Of a DNA stretch of 64,000 nucleotides, positions 29,320 through 40,435 are shown in pieces (within the stretch, counting starts at the first letter, position 1; each line of letters opens with the position of its first letter). The stretch is from Alphaproteobacteria bacterium. Lineage in GTDB: Bacteria; Pseudomonadota; Alphaproteobacteria; UBA828. The notes beneath the pieces were generated by a model. That model worked only from the letters and a program-made list of their open reading frames with translations, searched no databases and had not been told where the DNA came from. Where the stretch lies: the NCBI GenBank assembly GCA_965214705.1, contig OZ243972.1, forward strand, positions 672,001 to 736,000. Reading direction: 5' to 3'. Made by a program: the position numbers and the translations under genes.

Positions 29320-29560
29320 TTGACCCACCGGGGCAACCGGGCCGCAGAGGAGGTCGGCGCCGGGTCAGGATCGGTTCTTGAAGCGCCAGCTCTTGTTGCC
29401 GGTCTCGATGATCTCGCAGTCATGGGTGGGACGGTCGAGCAGGGCTGTGGTCATCCGATCCTGGATGATCTCAGCAAGTGCCCGCCGGCCAAGGGGGCGG
29501 TAGCCCTCGCCCCGTTTCAGGCCATCCGCCTGCATCGCGTTCACCACCTCGAAGGCCATC
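29320..29560 (-). pseudogene. istB: IS21 istB 3' remnant with element end
   Basis: MTTALLDR.TH.CEIIETGN.SWRFK.R, followed by a ...CAACA end. Confidence 0.75.
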
Positions 29561-29691
29561 GGTAGACCCTCAATCGTTGCAGTTTCACTGTGGCATCGGG
29601 GTGCTCCTGCTCGTGGCTCTTGGACAACCACAGGGAGTACCCCCTCCTCACTGGCACATAATCGCGTCCGTCACCCACGAGTCCACGCGTC

Positions 29692-29724
29692 TTGACAGGC
29701 TCGATACTGGAACAAATAGTGAAT
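29692..29724 (+). promoter_or_regulatory. SOS promoter with alphaproteobacterial LexA box
   Basis: TTGACA at 29692 and GAAC-AAATAGT-GAAT at 29710..29724, upstream of imuA. Confidence 0.75.
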
Positions 29725-29746
29725 AACCATAAGCACTTCCCGCCTC

Positions 29747-30040
29747 ATGCCCCCGGATCGAGTCCCGCGTGCGCTCGCCGGCGGGGCCGGTGCGGCCGAC
29801 GTCTCCCCCGATCTGGCAGCGCTGCGGCGGCGCATCGCGGCGCTCGAACGCCACCCGGCCGCGCTGGAGGATGCCGCTGACGGAAGCCGGATGGGGAGGC
29901 CCTGGCCGCTCGGCGTGGGTGCCCTGGATGGCGCGCTGCCCGAGGGCGGCCTCGCGCCGAACGGCCTGCACGAGACAGCGGGCGCGAGCGAGGTCGGGGC
30001 CCCTCGCCGGGCCCGCGCTCTCACCAACGGCGGTGGCTAG
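29747..30040 (+). pseudogene. imuA: ImuA N-terminal fragment
   Basis: LAALRRRIAALE...PLGVGALDGALPEGGL....LHE. Confidence 0.75.
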
Positions 30041-31653
30041 CCCGAGTTATTCATGGAGAACCTTGCGGTTGAGGCTCGGTTATCGGGTCGCGTCGTGGCC
30101 TGACGCGGTTTGGCGCCGGGATCTGAGGATGGTCGTTATTGGGTTGAGGGTTGAACGAGCCTGGGTGATTGGGGCACGCCGCCCCGTCGCTCAGGGGCCT
30201 GCTGCGGCGAGACGGCCTGCGAGCAGGCGGAAGAGAGCGGCATCCGGGCAGGCCGAGGTGAAGTGGATGCGGACGCGGGTGGCCTTCTCGACGACGCGGG
30301 CGCCGATCTTGAGGAGGCGCAGCCTCAGGGTTGCGAACTCTGCACGGGCGAGCGGCGCGGCGCTGGGGATGGCATCGCGGAGCGCGAGCATCAGCCAGTA
30401 GGCTGCGGTGTGCAGCACCAGCCTGAGCTGGTTGGCGCGCGGGCTCTGGCAGGAGGTTCGGTCCGAGGCGAGCTGGCCCTTGTGCATCTTGATCAGGTTT
30501 TCGGCCTGGCCTCGGGCACAGTAGATGTCTTCGTAGAGATGGCGAGGCTCGCCTCCGAGCGAGGTGACGACATAGCGGGTGTCGAAGCCGCGCGTACTCG
30601 CCTCCAGCCGGGCAACGACCCGGCGTTCGCGGTCCCAGGAGCGGGCGGCGTAGGCGGAGGCGGCGAAGCTGCGCATCCTGTCCGCGCCGGCCTTGGCGCG
30701 GCGCACCTTGAGATCGTCGGCCACCTCGTATGCAAGCGCGTGCAGCGCGCGATTGCCGGCGAGGCCGAAGATGTAGTCGACCCCGTTCTGCTCGCACCAG
30801 GCCATGGCTTGCGCGCGGCCGTAGTGGCTGTCTCCCCGGAAGACGATCCGAGTGTGCGGCCAGTGGCGGCGGATGCGGCGGACCAGATGCTTGATGAGGG
30901 TGCGGACTTCGGGCCCCGACGGCGTCTTGCCCGGGCGCAGGAGAACCGCCACCGGCTTGCTGCTTTCCACGTGATAGACGTGGATGGGGAGGAAGCAGCG
31001 CGTGTCGTAATGAGCGTTGAACAGCGAGAGCTGCTGGTCGCCGTGCACGGCATCGCAGGTGTCGTCGATATCGAGGGTGATGGCGGCAGGTGGGGCTGAG
31101 AAGGAGCGGCAGAAGAGATCGACCAGGGCGGCCGTCATGCGCGCCACCTCGATGCGAGACAGCGCGTTCTCCAGGCGGCTCATGGTCGGTTGAGAACACA
31201 GGTCGCGGCCGTTCTCCGGCGCCCGGCCTGAGGCCAGCTTGAACAGCGGGTCGGTGCGCAGCGCGTCGCAGTCGTCGGCATCTTCGTAGCCACACGCAAT
31301 GGCCAGCATGCGAAAGCGCAGCATGGCCGAGATCAAGTGGACCACCTGCGCCTGATTGCGCCGATCGCGGATGCAGCCCGCCAGGGTCTCGGCCAGACGT
31401 AAACTGCGCTCCGCCTCGCGCAACAGGACCAAGCCGCCGTCCGACGAGATCAGGCCGCCGTCGAAGGCGGCGCTCACCTTCTTGCGTTGGACGCTTGGCA
31501 GATCGAAGGGGAGAAGGCTATCGTCGGTCATGGCGGGCGTGGCTTTTTCGTTGTTCGGAGAGGAAGACGCCTCGACAACGAATTCCTACCTGATGGCAAC
31601 GGCTTACGCTACGTCCGCCACCCCAAAATCAGACCCGACAAGAATAATCCGGG
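30041..31653 (-). mobile_element. IS1380-family insertion sequence
   Basis: TIRs CCCGAGTTATTC and GAATAATCCGGG; CTAG TSD at 30037..30040 and 31654..31657. Confidence 0.9.
30191..31531 (-). CDS. IS1380-family transposase
   Basis: FDGGLISSDGG, TLDIDDT, FRGDSHY and YCARGQAENLIK. Confidence 0.93.
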   Translation of the reverse strand: MTDDSLLPFDLPSVQRKKVSAAFDGGLISSDGGLVLLREAERSLRLAETLAGCIRDRRNQAQVVHLISAMLRFRMLAIACGYEDADDCDALRTDPLFKLASGRAPENGRDLCSQPTMSRLENALSRIEVARMTAALVDLFCRSFSAPPAAITLDIDDTCDAVHGDQQLSLFNAHYDTRCFLPIHVYHVESSKPVAVLLRPGKTPSGPEVRTLIKHLVRRIRRHWPHTRIVFRGDSHYGRAQAMAWCEQNGVDYIFGLAGNRALHALAYEVADDLKVRRAKAGADRMRSFAASAYAARSWDRERRVVARLEASTRGFDTRYVVTSLGGEPRHLYEDIYCARGQAENLIKMHKGQLASDRTSCQSPRANQLRLVLHTAAYWLMLALRDAIPSAAPLARAEFATLRLRLLKIGARVVEKATRVRIHFTSACPDAALFRLLAGRLAAAGP

Positions 31654-31657
31654 CTAG

Positions 31658-32050
31658 AGCAAGGCCGTCCTTGACGGACTCGCGACGGGCCGCGACCGCG
31701 GGCCGGTGCTGTGGGCGGTCAACCGCGAGGCCGGCACAAAGGGGCTGAGGCCCGGCATGCTCCGTGCTCGCCGGTTTGGTGACCGCGCGCGCCGATGCGG
31801 CGGCGGACCGGCGGGGGCTCAAGCGGCTCGCCCTCTGGTGCAACCGCTTCACGCCGTGGTGCGCGGTGGACGCCAGCGACAATAGCGATAGCGGTAACGG
31901 CGGGCTGCTGCTCGACATTACCGACTGCGCCCACCTCTTCGGCGGCGAGGCGGCGCTGATGGACGAGGTCGCGGCGCGGCTCGCGGGCCTCGGTATCGAG
32001 GCCCGCCTCAGCCTCGCCGACACCTCCGGCGCCGCCTGGGCATTGGCTCA
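31658..32050 (+). pseudogene. imuB: ImuB (inactive Y-family polymerase) fragment
   Basis: LALWCNRFTP..AVD...GLLLDIT.CAHLFGGE..L......ADT.GAAWALA. Confidence 0.78.
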
Positions 32051-32491
32051 CCCTTTGGGTGATGGTCCCAGCGCTGGGCGGGAGGTTGCCCGAGAGGCCG
32101 TGAAGCTGGACACCTTCGGCGGCACGGTTCATGTCGAATGGAATTCGGACGCGGCGGCGACGCCGCTGGGAGAACTCCTAGATCAGTGGGCAGCCTTCCT
32201 GACGAACTCGCTAGCAGATTAGCAGCGGATTGCCCGCAGGCATCCGCCGTAGGCTGCAGGTACTGCGGCCATGGCCTGTTGAACTTCCTCCTTCACGAGC
32301 AACGGGAGGAGGCTGTGCAGCCAGGTTTCCGGCAGGTCGAAGATGCAATGGAAGACGCAGGCGACACCCCACGGGCCCGATGCCTCCGTTTTGCAGTGGG
32401 TGAAAGGAGCCGTCAATGGTCGCCCCGCGCGACCAGGTCGGCCGTCTGCGGTTCGGGGCAAGTGATCTCAGCCGCGTCGCCGCTTGCAGTC

Positions 32492-34879
32492 TTATCCGGT
32501 CGGCCACGCCTCTGCCGATTCCCGAACGATACGCCAGAGTTTCTCCGGCGTCGCCGGCATATCGATGTGGGTAATGCCGAGCGGGGACAATGCATCGACG
32601 ATCGCGTTCGTCACGGCGGCGGGGGAACCGATGGTTGCCGATTCGCCGCACCCCTTGACGCCGAGGGGATTGTGGGTACACGGATTGTCCTCATTTGTCG
32701 CGTGGTCAAGAGTGCTAATGAAGCCTGCTCTCGGCATGCAGTAATCCATAAACGAGCCGGCCAAAAGCTGACCCGTATCCTGATCGTAAACGGCGTTTTC
32801 CAGAAGCACCTGGCCCATACCCTGCGCGAGGGCGCCGTGAACCTGGCCCTCGACGACCATCGGATTGATGATCGTTCCGAAGTCGTCGACGACGACGTAT
32901 CGCGCAATTTCCAGCTCGCCTGTCTCCCTATTTATCTCGACTTCGCAGACGTGACACCCGTTGGGGTAGGTCATGTTCTGCGCATCGTAGAACGCCGTCT
33001 CGTCCAGGCCGGGCTCGACCTCCTGGGAAGAGAAGTTTTGCGCTAGATACGCTTCGCCCGCGACGTCCTCGAAGCTCACCGACTTGTCGGTGCCCATGAT
33101 CGTGTAGGCGCCCTCCCTGAATTCGATGTCGACGTCCCTCGCTTCGAGCAGTTGGGCCGCGATCCTCCGGCCCTTTTCGATAACCTTTTCGACCGCCAGG
33201 AAGGCCGATGATCCACCGAGCGCCATCGAGCGCGAACCGTAGGTGCCGGTCCCGTAGGGGATCTGATCGCTGTCCCCGTGGACGACTTCGATCTTGCTCA
33301 GGGACAGGCCCAGACAGTCCGCGACCACCTGGGCGAACGTGGTTTCGTGACCCTGCCCGTGCGAATGGCTGCCGGTGAATAATGTCACCGAGCCTTCGGG
33401 ATGCACACGCACCTGCGCCGACTCCGGAAAGCCGACACGGGAGCCGAACGAGCCCAGCAATTTCGACGGTCCCATGGACCCGTTCTCGATGAAAGACGAG
33501 ATGCCGAGCCCGCGCAGCCTGCCCCTCGCCCGGCTCTCGTTCCGGCGCTGTTCGAATCCCTCGTAATCGCTGATCTTCAGCGCTTCTTCCATCAGAGTGG
33601 CGAAGTCGCCGGTATCGTACTCGAGGCCGACCGGGGTCCTGTACGGCATCGCGTCCTTCGGGATGAAGTTTCGCCGTCGAATTTCCGCGCGATCGATCCC
33701 CATCTCGCGCGCGGCATTTTCGACCAAGCGCTCTATAACCAGCGCGCCTTCCGGTCGGCCCGCACCGCGATACGCGTCGACTGGAACCGTATTCGTGAAC
33801 ACGCCCCTTATCTCGCAATGGATTGCCGGCGTCGTATAGGTGCCCGACATGATTGTCGTAAAAAAGAAGGTCGGGATCGCCGGCCCGAAGGTCGACAGGT
33901 AGGCTCCCAGGTTCGCTGTGGTCTTCACCCGCAGCGCAAGAAAGGTCCCGTCGGCATCGAGAGCAAGCTCTGCGTGCGTGACATGGTCGCGTGCCTGCGA
34001 ATCGGTGAGAAAGCTCTCCGACCGACTGGACGTCCACTTGACCGGACGATCCAATTTCTTGGCGGCCCATGCCGCGATACATTCCTCCCCATAGGCGAAA
34101 CTCTTGGCACCGAACCCCCCACCTACGTCCGGCGCAATGACCCGCACTTTGGTTTCGGGCACATGCAATATGTCGATCGCCATAAGGCTGCGGGCCATAT
34201 GCGGATTCTGACTCGAGAGATAGATCGTGTAGCGCCCGCTTATTCTGTCGTACTCGGCATTGACGGCGCGGACCTCCATGGGAACCTGCACGAGCCGGTT
34301 GACGACGAAATCAAGCTTCGTCACGTGGTGCGCGTTCGCGAAGGCGGCCTCGACCGCATCCCTGTCGCCGTTTTCCCAATCGAAGCAAACATTATCGGGT
34401 GCTTCCTCATGAAGCTGGGGCGCTCCCTTTCTGTCGGCGCCGGCCGTATCGGCGGCAACCGGCAACTCCTCGTAGTCGACTGCCACGAGATCGGCCGCAT
34501 CCTGGGCCGCGTCGAGGCTTTCTCCGATGACGACGGCGACCGGATCGCCCACATGGCGGACCTTGTCGACTGCGAGAAGGGGATGGGGCGGCAATTTGAT
34601 GTCCGAGCCATCCGCGTTCTGGAAAACCCAGACACAGGGAAGAGCCCCAATATTGTCGTGTTTCAGATCGACGGCGGTATAGGCTGCGATGATGCCCGGC
34701 GCCTTCGCCGCCTGCTCCGTATAGATCGACTTGAGGTGTGCATGGGCGTGTGGCGACCGGACGAAACAGGCGTAGGTCTGGCCGGGTCTCTTGATATCGT
34801 CGGTGTATCTGCCCTGCCCCGTCAGGAACCGGACATCTTCCTTGCGCCTTACGGCGGCGCCGATACCTTCGTCCACCAT
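32492..34879 (-). CDS. Molybdopterin-binding large subunit, xanthine dehydrogenase family (form II CoxL/CutL-like)
   Basis: RRKED.RFLTG.G.Y, DVGGGFG.K, AYRGAGRPE, HGQGHET and GVKGCGE. Confidence 0.93.
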   Translation of the reverse strand: MVDEGIGAAVRRKEDVRFLTGQGRYTDDIKRPGQTYACFVRSPHAHAHLKSIYTEQAAKAPGIIAAYTAVDLKHDNIGALPCVWVFQNADGSDIKLPPHPLLAVDKVRHVGDPVAVVIGESLDAAQDAADLVAVDYEELPVAADTAGADRKGAPQLHEEAPDNVCFDWENGDRDAVEAAFANAHHVTKLDFVVNRLVQVPMEVRAVNAEYDRISGRYTIYLSSQNPHMARSLMAIDILHVPETKVRVIAPDVGGGFGAKSFAYGEECIAAWAAKKLDRPVKWTSSRSESFLTDSQARDHVTHAELALDADGTFLALRVKTTANLGAYLSTFGPAIPTFFFTTIMSGTYTTPAIHCEIRGVFTNTVPVDAYRGAGRPEGALVIERLVENAAREMGIDRAEIRRRNFIPKDAMPYRTPVGLEYDTGDFATLMEEALKISDYEGFEQRRNESRARGRLRGLGISSFIENGSMGPSKLLGSFGSRVGFPESAQVRVHPEGSVTLFTGSHSHGQGHETTFAQVVADCLGLSLSKIEVVHGDSDQIPYGTGTYGSRSMALGGSSAFLAVEKVIEKGRRIAAQLLEARDVDIEFREGAYTIMGTDKSVSFEDVAGEAYLAQNFSSQEVEPGLDETAFYDAQNMTYPNGCHVCEVEINRETGELEIARYVVVDDFGTIINPMVVEGQVHGALAQGMGQVLLENAVYDQDTGQLLAGSFMDYCMPRAGFISTLDHATNEDNPCTHNPLGVKGCGESATIGSPAAVTNAIVDALSPLGITHIDMPATPEKLWRIVRESAEAWPTG

Positions 34880-34883
34880 TCCA

Positions 34884-35354
34884 CTAACTCCTCATCGCCT
34901 TCGCACCGGCCATTACGGACTTGACGATGTTCACGTAGCCCGTGCAGCGGCAGATGTTGCCCTCGAGCCCCTGGCGGACCGTCTCTTCGGAGGGATCAGG
35001 GTGGCGCGCGACAAGGTCGAGCGCGCTCATCAGCATCCCGGGCGTACAGAAGCCGCATTGAAGGCCGTGGCACTCCCTGAAGGCGGCCTGCATTGGATGA
35101 AGTTCTTCCCCCTTCGCGAGCCCTTCGACCGTGAGCACTTCCGCCCCTTCGGCCTGAACCGCGAGTAGGGTGCAGGACTTGACCGAGCGTCCATTCACGT
35201 GAACGACGCAAGCCCCGCATTGGCTCGTATCGCAGCCGACATGCGTCCCGGTGAGCCCCAGGTGCTCGCGCAGAAAATGGACGAGGAGCGTGCGCGATTC
35301 GACCGCGGCCGAGGCCTCTTCGCCGTTGACCGTCATTGACACAGACACGCTCAT
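34884..35354 (-). CDS. 2Fe-2S small subunit (CoxS/CutS-like)
   Basis: [18 protein letters not shown] and CRCTGY. Confidence 0.95.
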   Translation of the reverse strand: MSVSVSMTVNGEEASAAVESRTLLVHFLREHLGLTGTHVGCDTSQCGACVVHVNGRSVKSCTLLAVQAEGAEVLTVEGLAKGEELHPMQAAFRECHGLQCGFCTPGMLMSALDLVARHPDPSEETVRQGLEGNICRCTGYVNIVKSVMAGAKAMRS

Positions 35355-36012
35355 GGGCCCTCCCCCCACTTCCCCGATCCGGTTTTCTCCCTGGAGTGCT
35401 TTTCGACGGGCGCCGCGCGCGGGCTCGGCGAAAGCGCCGAGGAACGTGTTCGCCTCTTTCCGGGCCGTGCCATTTGGCAAGTGGGTACGCTCGCTCTCAA
35501 GATCCCGGGATCGCAGCGCGCCTTCCAGGCCTCTCCACGGAATGCCGGCGACCGGTGGTCTCCCCTAAGTTCGATTCCCGAACCGATTGATAAGCTCGAA
35601 TTCACTATTTCAAAGCGCAAACGATTGGGCAAGTTCGTCGCCGGAACATGCGGTTGAAGCGGCCATGCCCGCGGCGCGTCTAGGATGGCTTCGTCACGGG
35701 AGACGGCGCAATGACGCGCCTTCGGCGCGAGTTGGTCGACGGGTTTTGCTGCTCCCATTGCGCTCCGCCCGTTCGACCCGCCTTCGAGGCTCGCCGCGGC
35801 GCCCCGCCCTTCCGTCCTGACCGGTCAAGGGCCGGTCGCTTCTCGTCAAACACCGGTAACAGTCTAAAATGACGAGCGGTACTAACCGTTGAGGCAGCCC
35901 GCTCCTTGCAGGAGACGTAGCAAGGGCAGTCCGATCTCATTCCGTAAAGCCTCCCGGCAGTTGGGATCGGGTACGAACCAGCTCGCAGCTAAACCGAGAA
36001 GGACACAGACTC

Positions 36013-36402
36013 ATGAATACAATCCACAATCCGAAGACTATTCATCCGCCAGTCGGCGACATCTACAGTCACGGAGCCGAAGTGTCTCCGAACTCCCGGC
36101 TCCTGTGGGTGGCGGGCGAAGTCGGCATTACGCCCGCGGGCGACGTGGTAAAGGGTTTCGAGGCGCAAACGCGAACTGCTTGGGAGAACATAGCTGAAGT
36201 ATTAAAGTCCGCTGGGATGAGTTACGGTGATATTGTCAAGATGGATTCCTATCTAGTCGGCCTCGAATATTACGAAGAGTACGTCGACCTCCTGAGAGAG
36301 ATCTTGGGAGAGGCCAAGCCCGCATCCAAGGCCATCATCGTGCCCTCGCTCGTGCTTCCGGGATTGCTGTTAGAAGTCGAAGTGACCGCCGCCAGAGAGT
36401 AA
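36013..36402 (+). CDS. RidA/YjgF-family protein
   Basis: YSHG...AGEVG...Q...AWENI...PAS....V..L.....LLEVEV.A. Confidence 0.88.
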   Translation: MNTIHNPKTIHPPVGDIYSHGAEVSPNSRLLWVAGEVGITPAGDVVKGFEAQTRTAWENIAEVLKSAGMSYGDIVKMDSYLVGLEYYEEYVDLLREILGEAKPASKAIIVPSLVLPGLLLEVEVTAARE

Positions 36403-36617
36403 AAACAGCGGCGGGTTCGGCGGCGACGAGGACCTAGCCTGTCGGGCCGCCCCTTTCATCGTGGCCGGGTGAACGCTCGGCGTGTTCGGATGCAAAGGCG
36501 TGGATATTGGCCGCCTCTGTGGACGGAACGGCGTGGTTGCATCATACTTGTGGCTTGGCGGGGCAGGACGATTGCCCTTTCCCGCGTGTTCTTGAGTTCG
36601 GACCAAGGAGGGCTACG

Positions 36618-36983
36618 ATGCTGGACTTTCTGCAAGGCAAAGATCAAGGCACCTTGGAACCGTGGCCGGCGTTTGCTGATGCGGACTACGCAACTGTGCT
36701 CGAAGGCGATCCGAAGCAGGCATGCCGGCTCGACTTCGGTACCCTGGACGATCAACTGATGAGCGGCGTTTGGGAATGTACGCCTGGAAAGATGGAGTTC
36801 GTCTACCCGTTCAGCGAACTCTGTACCCTGCTCGAAGGGAAGGTCACGGTCACGGACTCCGCCGGCAGAGCGGTAACCTACGGGCCAGGAGATAGCTTTT
36901 ACATTGCGCAGGGTGAAAAGGTTCTCTGGGAGGTACACGAACGCGTTCGTAAGTGCTTCTTCCTGCATATCAACAAATCGTAG
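36618..36983 (+). CDS. Cupin (DUF861/cupin_3-like)
   Basis: SGVWECTPG...ELC.LLEG.V......YGPGD...W.V...VRK; AAGGAGG RBS. Confidence 0.88.
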   Translation: MLDFLQGKDQGTLEPWPAFADADYATVLEGDPKQACRLDFGTLDDQLMSGVWECTPGKMEFVYPFSELCTLLEGKVTVTDSAGRAVTYGPGDSFYIAQGEKVLWEVHERVRKCFFLHINKS

Positions 36984-37243
36984 CTCGACAGGCCGAGAAT
37001 TACGGCTTGCATCGCGCAGGCCGGTGACTTCACCGGTGCCTGGTCCCGCTGAGGCCAGGCACCGATTGGTCAGGGCGCGCAGCGCGACGCCGAGCGAACG
37101 CCGGTCACGAACCCTCGCCGTTGAAGCGGGGCCGCGTGAGTCTCGATGGCACAGTGGGCTCGACTGCCGCAAACCGCGAGGGGACGGTGCTCGCCTGCAC
37201 AGCCGGTTTGGCGAGCAACCTCGCCCCGCAGGTCATGCCACAG

Positions 37244-37627
37244 TCAGGCTTTCGGCGGCAGTGGCGGGAGGCCAATGAGATCCCAGCGCACCCCGTCTCC
37301 CGGGCAGATGGCGTAGAAGCAGACGGCCTTTCCTTCGGTTTCGTATATGAGCGGCGTGTCGCGCGGGAGCCAAATGGCATCGCCCGTATCGCAATCGAAC
37401 TTCTCTCCGGCGACGATCACGCGCAACTGCCCATCGAGGATGTAAAGGATCTCGTCGTAGGTGATCGTCCACTCATAAGAGCACTTCTCGAAGACGACGA
37501 TCCCTCCTCCCAGGGTTTTGCTCAACTCCGGCGTAACGAGGCGCGCAATCGTCGTGTTGTGTACCGGCAGCCCGCTCATTTCCTCGTAATGAAAATCCGA
37601 TTTCTTGAAAATTGTGGCTTTTGGCAT
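37244..37627 (-). CDS. EutQ-like cupin
   Basis: LGGG......WTITYDEILYILDG.L.......GD.IWLP. Confidence 0.85.
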   Translation of the reverse strand: MPKATIFKKSDFHYEEMSGLPVHNTTIARLVTPELSKTLGGGIVVFEKCSYEWTITYDEILYILDGQLRVIVAGEKFDCDTGDAIWLPRDTPLIYETEGKAVCFYAICPGDGVRWDLIGLPPLPPKA

Positions 37628-37665
37628 TTCCTTTTCCCTTTCGTTCTTTGTGCGGATGAGCCTCT

Positions 37666-38640
37666 TCATTCCTGGCTCTTGCGACTGGAAACGGAAAACC
37701 GTTTTAACTTGAAGCGTTGGAATTGATCAGGGAGCGCCACGATGCCTTTGGGCATGAACAAGATAATCAGGACGACGGCCAGACCGAGAAGAAGAAGACG
37801 ATACTGCCCGACTTCGCGAAGCCATTCGTTGCCAATCGTCACGATGAACGCGCCCAGAATCACACCGGGAAATCGGCCTAGACCGCCTACCGAGAGCATA
37901 ACCATAACAATCAGAAAGAATTCGGTTCCGAGAATCTTGGGCGTCACGACAATTACGTAATGAGCGTAAAGTGCTCCGGCCAACCCAGTAATCATTGCCG
38001 AGACTGTGAATACGACAAGCTTGTACCTGTAGTAGTTAACGCCGAGACTCTTGGCGAATTCTTCCGAGTCCCGCATGGCAACGAACGCTTTGCCCCATCG
38101 TCCGGGCACGATAATGAAATAGATTATGTAGATGGCGACAGCGGCCACGCATAGGGTGACGTAGAACCAGGCAAGCTTGTTCTGAGCGACGAGAGCGAAG
38201 TCGCCGATCTCGAGCGGCGGTACGCCCAAGAGTCCGGTGGCGCCGCCGGTCCCGATCGGACGCCCCTGGCGGATTAGCGGAGGCAGGGCGAGATGGACGG
38301 TAAAGGTAAAGAGGGCGATGAACTCGCCACGAAGACGCAGACACGGCAGGCCGATCAGCAGGCCGACGACACCGGCGCAACCCATCCCGACCAGGAGCGG
38401 CGTGATGGACGGGGCACCGAGACTCATGGCGGCCATAGACGAGCCGTACGCGCCTACGGCGAAGAACACGAGCTGCGCAAAGTTGACGATCCCGGCGTAG
38501 CCCAGCACGAGATCCCAGCCCGCGACAACCATGCTCCAGATAAAGCATAGGATCAAAATATGGATGAAATACTTGTCCCCGATCACGGCTCCCAGAACCG
38601 CAAGAACGCCGATGGCGATGAGGAAATAGACGCGATTCAT
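37666..38640 (-). CDS. HAAT (branched-chain amino acid-type) ABC permease, LivM-like
   Basis: GYAG..NF, LRLRG.F.AL.T and G.AF.AMRDSE..A.SLGV. Confidence 0.9.
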   Translation of the reverse strand: MNRVYFLIAIGVLAVLGAVIGDKYFIHILILCFIWSMVVAGWDLVLGYAGIVNFAQLVFFAVGAYGSSMAAMSLGAPSITPLLVGMGCAGVVGLLIGLPCLRLRGEFIALFTFTVHLALPPLIRQGRPIGTGGATGLLGVPPLEIGDFALVAQNKLAWFYVTLCVAAVAIYIIYFIIVPGRWGKAFVAMRDSEEFAKSLGVNYYRYKLVVFTVSAMITGLAGALYAHYVIVVTPKILGTEFFLIVMVMLSVGGLGRFPGVILGAFIVTIGNEWLREVGQYRLLLLGLAVVLIILFMPKGIVALPDQFQRFKLKRFSVSSRKSQE

Positions 38641-38740
38641 GGGGGCGGCTCGCTTCCCGCCGTTCTCATTGTTGCGGTGCCCGATAATTCGGCCGCCGGG
38701 ACGCGCGCCGTTCCACGAAGGCTGCGGGTTTCCCTCATGG

Positions 38741-39613
38741 TCATCGCGTCCAGCCGCCGAACAGTCCGCTGGGGCGAAAGATCAGGATCACGAGCAGGGT
38801 GATGAGCCACAGCGGTATGGTCCAGCTCGCTCCGATCCAGAACGTGGTGTAGGACTCGATAATCCCCAATATGAACGCGGCAACGAGCGTGCCTCGCGTG
38901 CTGCCGAGGCCCCCCAGCACGACGATCACGAAGGCCTTCAAGAACGGGACCCAGCCTACAAACGGGGAAATCAGGTGAATCGGTGCGAGCAATACCCCGG
39001 CAAGACCTGCTAGAACAGCCGAAAGTCCGAAGGCATAGCCGAAGATCTGATTGACGTTGATCCCGACCATGTTGGCGCCCTGCATGTCCTGGGCCACCGC
39101 CCGCATGGCCTGGCCATAGCGTGTCTTGCGCAAGAATAGTTCGAGCCCGAGCACGAATACGATCGCCAGCAGAAAGATGACGATCTTGTGGTACGAGAGG
39201 ACAAATCCGAAAGCCTCGAGCTTGCCCGGCACGAGCGGCGGCAGAACCTTGTTCTCGGGACCAAACCCTATCAGGTTCGCATTGTCGATAAAGAACGCCA
39301 AGCCCAGCGTCACCATCATCGTCGTGATGTTCCAGCCCGGCTTCCAGCGCAGCGGGCGGATCACCACCCGCTCGAGCGCCATGCCCAACACGAAGAGGGT
39401 CGGGATCAGGATGAGAAAGGTCACCGCATAGCTCAGCTCCAGATACCCGACCGTCAGAACCCACGCGAGATATCCGCCCACAGCATAAATCGCGCCATAG
39501 GCGAAATTGAGGATCCGGGTGACGCCGTAGACCAGGGACAGGCCAAATGCCAACAACGCGTAGACGGCGCCCAGCATGATCCCGCTGATCAGGATTTCGA
39601 TGATCTGATGCAT
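38741..39613 (-). CDS. HAAT ABC permease, LivH-like
   Basis: YALLAFGLSLVYGV.RILNFA.G, GQAMRAVAQD and VVLGGLGS. Confidence 0.92.
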   Translation of the reverse strand: MHQIIEILISGIMLGAVYALLAFGLSLVYGVTRILNFAYGAIYAVGGYLAWVLTVGYLELSYAVTFLILIPTLFVLGMALERVVIRPLRWKPGWNITTMMVTLGLAFFIDNANLIGFGPENKVLPPLVPGKLEAFGFVLSYHKIVIFLLAIVFVLGLELFLRKTRYGQAMRAVAQDMQGANMVGINVNQIFGYAFGLSAVLAGLAGVLLAPIHLISPFVGWVPFLKAFVIVVLGGLGSTRGTLVAAFILGIIESYTTFWIGASWTIPLWLITLLVILIFRPSGLFGGWTR

Positions 39614-39742
39614 TCACCAGCCATCCATTCCCTTGAACCCGAAACGCCTGCCCCGCCCAAAGTTGAAACGGGAACTCCCCGGCGCCCCCGGTTCTGACGA
39701 TACCTGTCGTGGTCACGACCACGGGTTGCTCAGCCGTCTACG

Positions 39743-40435
39743 TCAAGCCCTGTCCTCTGTCCGTCGGTGCTCGAGGGACTGAAGCGGACCTTCATAGCTT
39801 GTCTTTCCCTCTTCCAGAAAATACACACGGTCGATGAAGGTCTCGAGTTGGGCAATGTTTTCCTCGACGAGAAGTACGGTAATTCCTTCCTTGTTGATCC
39901 GCGCAATCGTGCGCAACATGTTCTGCACGAGATTCGGGGCAAGGCCGAAGGAGGGCTCGTCGATTGCCATGAATTTAGCCGCCGACATCAGGCCCCTAGC
40001 CAGCGCGAGCATTTGCGCCTCGCCACCGCTCAGGGTCCGCGCCACCTGGCCTTGCCGCTCCTTCAATTGCGGGTAGAGCTCGAAGACCAGGTTCAGGTTC
40101 TCGCTTTTCCGTTTGCGGGCATGGGGCAAGTAAGCGCCGAGGTCGAGATTCTCCCGGACCGTCATGTCGGGAAAGAGCCTGCGATCCTCCGCAACATAGA
40201 CCAGGCCCTGCTTGACGATCTCGGACACAGACAAACCATTGAGCCGCTTGCCCTGAAACGTCACGTCGCCCGACCGGATGGGAGTCAGGCCGCAGATCGC
40301 CTTCATCAACGTGCTCTTCCCGTGGCCGTTGGCTCCGATCAAAGCCACCGCTTCGTTCTCGGCCACGTGTATCGACACGTCGTGCAACACGTGGAATTCA
40401 TCGTAAAAGACATTGAGATTCGCGACTTCAAGCAA
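39743..40435 (-). CDS. HAAT ABC ATPase, LivF-like
   Basis: GANGHGKST, LSGGE and DEPS.GLAP. Confidence 0.92.
   Translation of the reverse strand: MLEVANLNVFYDEFHVLHDVSIHVAENEAVALIGANGHGKSTLMKAICGLTPIRSGDVTFQGKRLNGLSVSEIVKQGLVYVAEDRRLFPDMTVRENLDLGAYLPHARKRKSENLNLVFELYPQLKERQGQVARTLSGGEAQMLALARGLMSAAKFMAIDEPSFGLAPNLVQNMLRTIARINKEGITVLLVEENIAQLETFIDRVYFLEEGKTSYEGPLQSLEHRRTEDRA

Noticed and set aside
32492-35354. Aerobic CO dehydrogenase
   Set aside because: The active-site loop is AYRGAGR rather than AYxCSFR, and there are no cox accessory genes.
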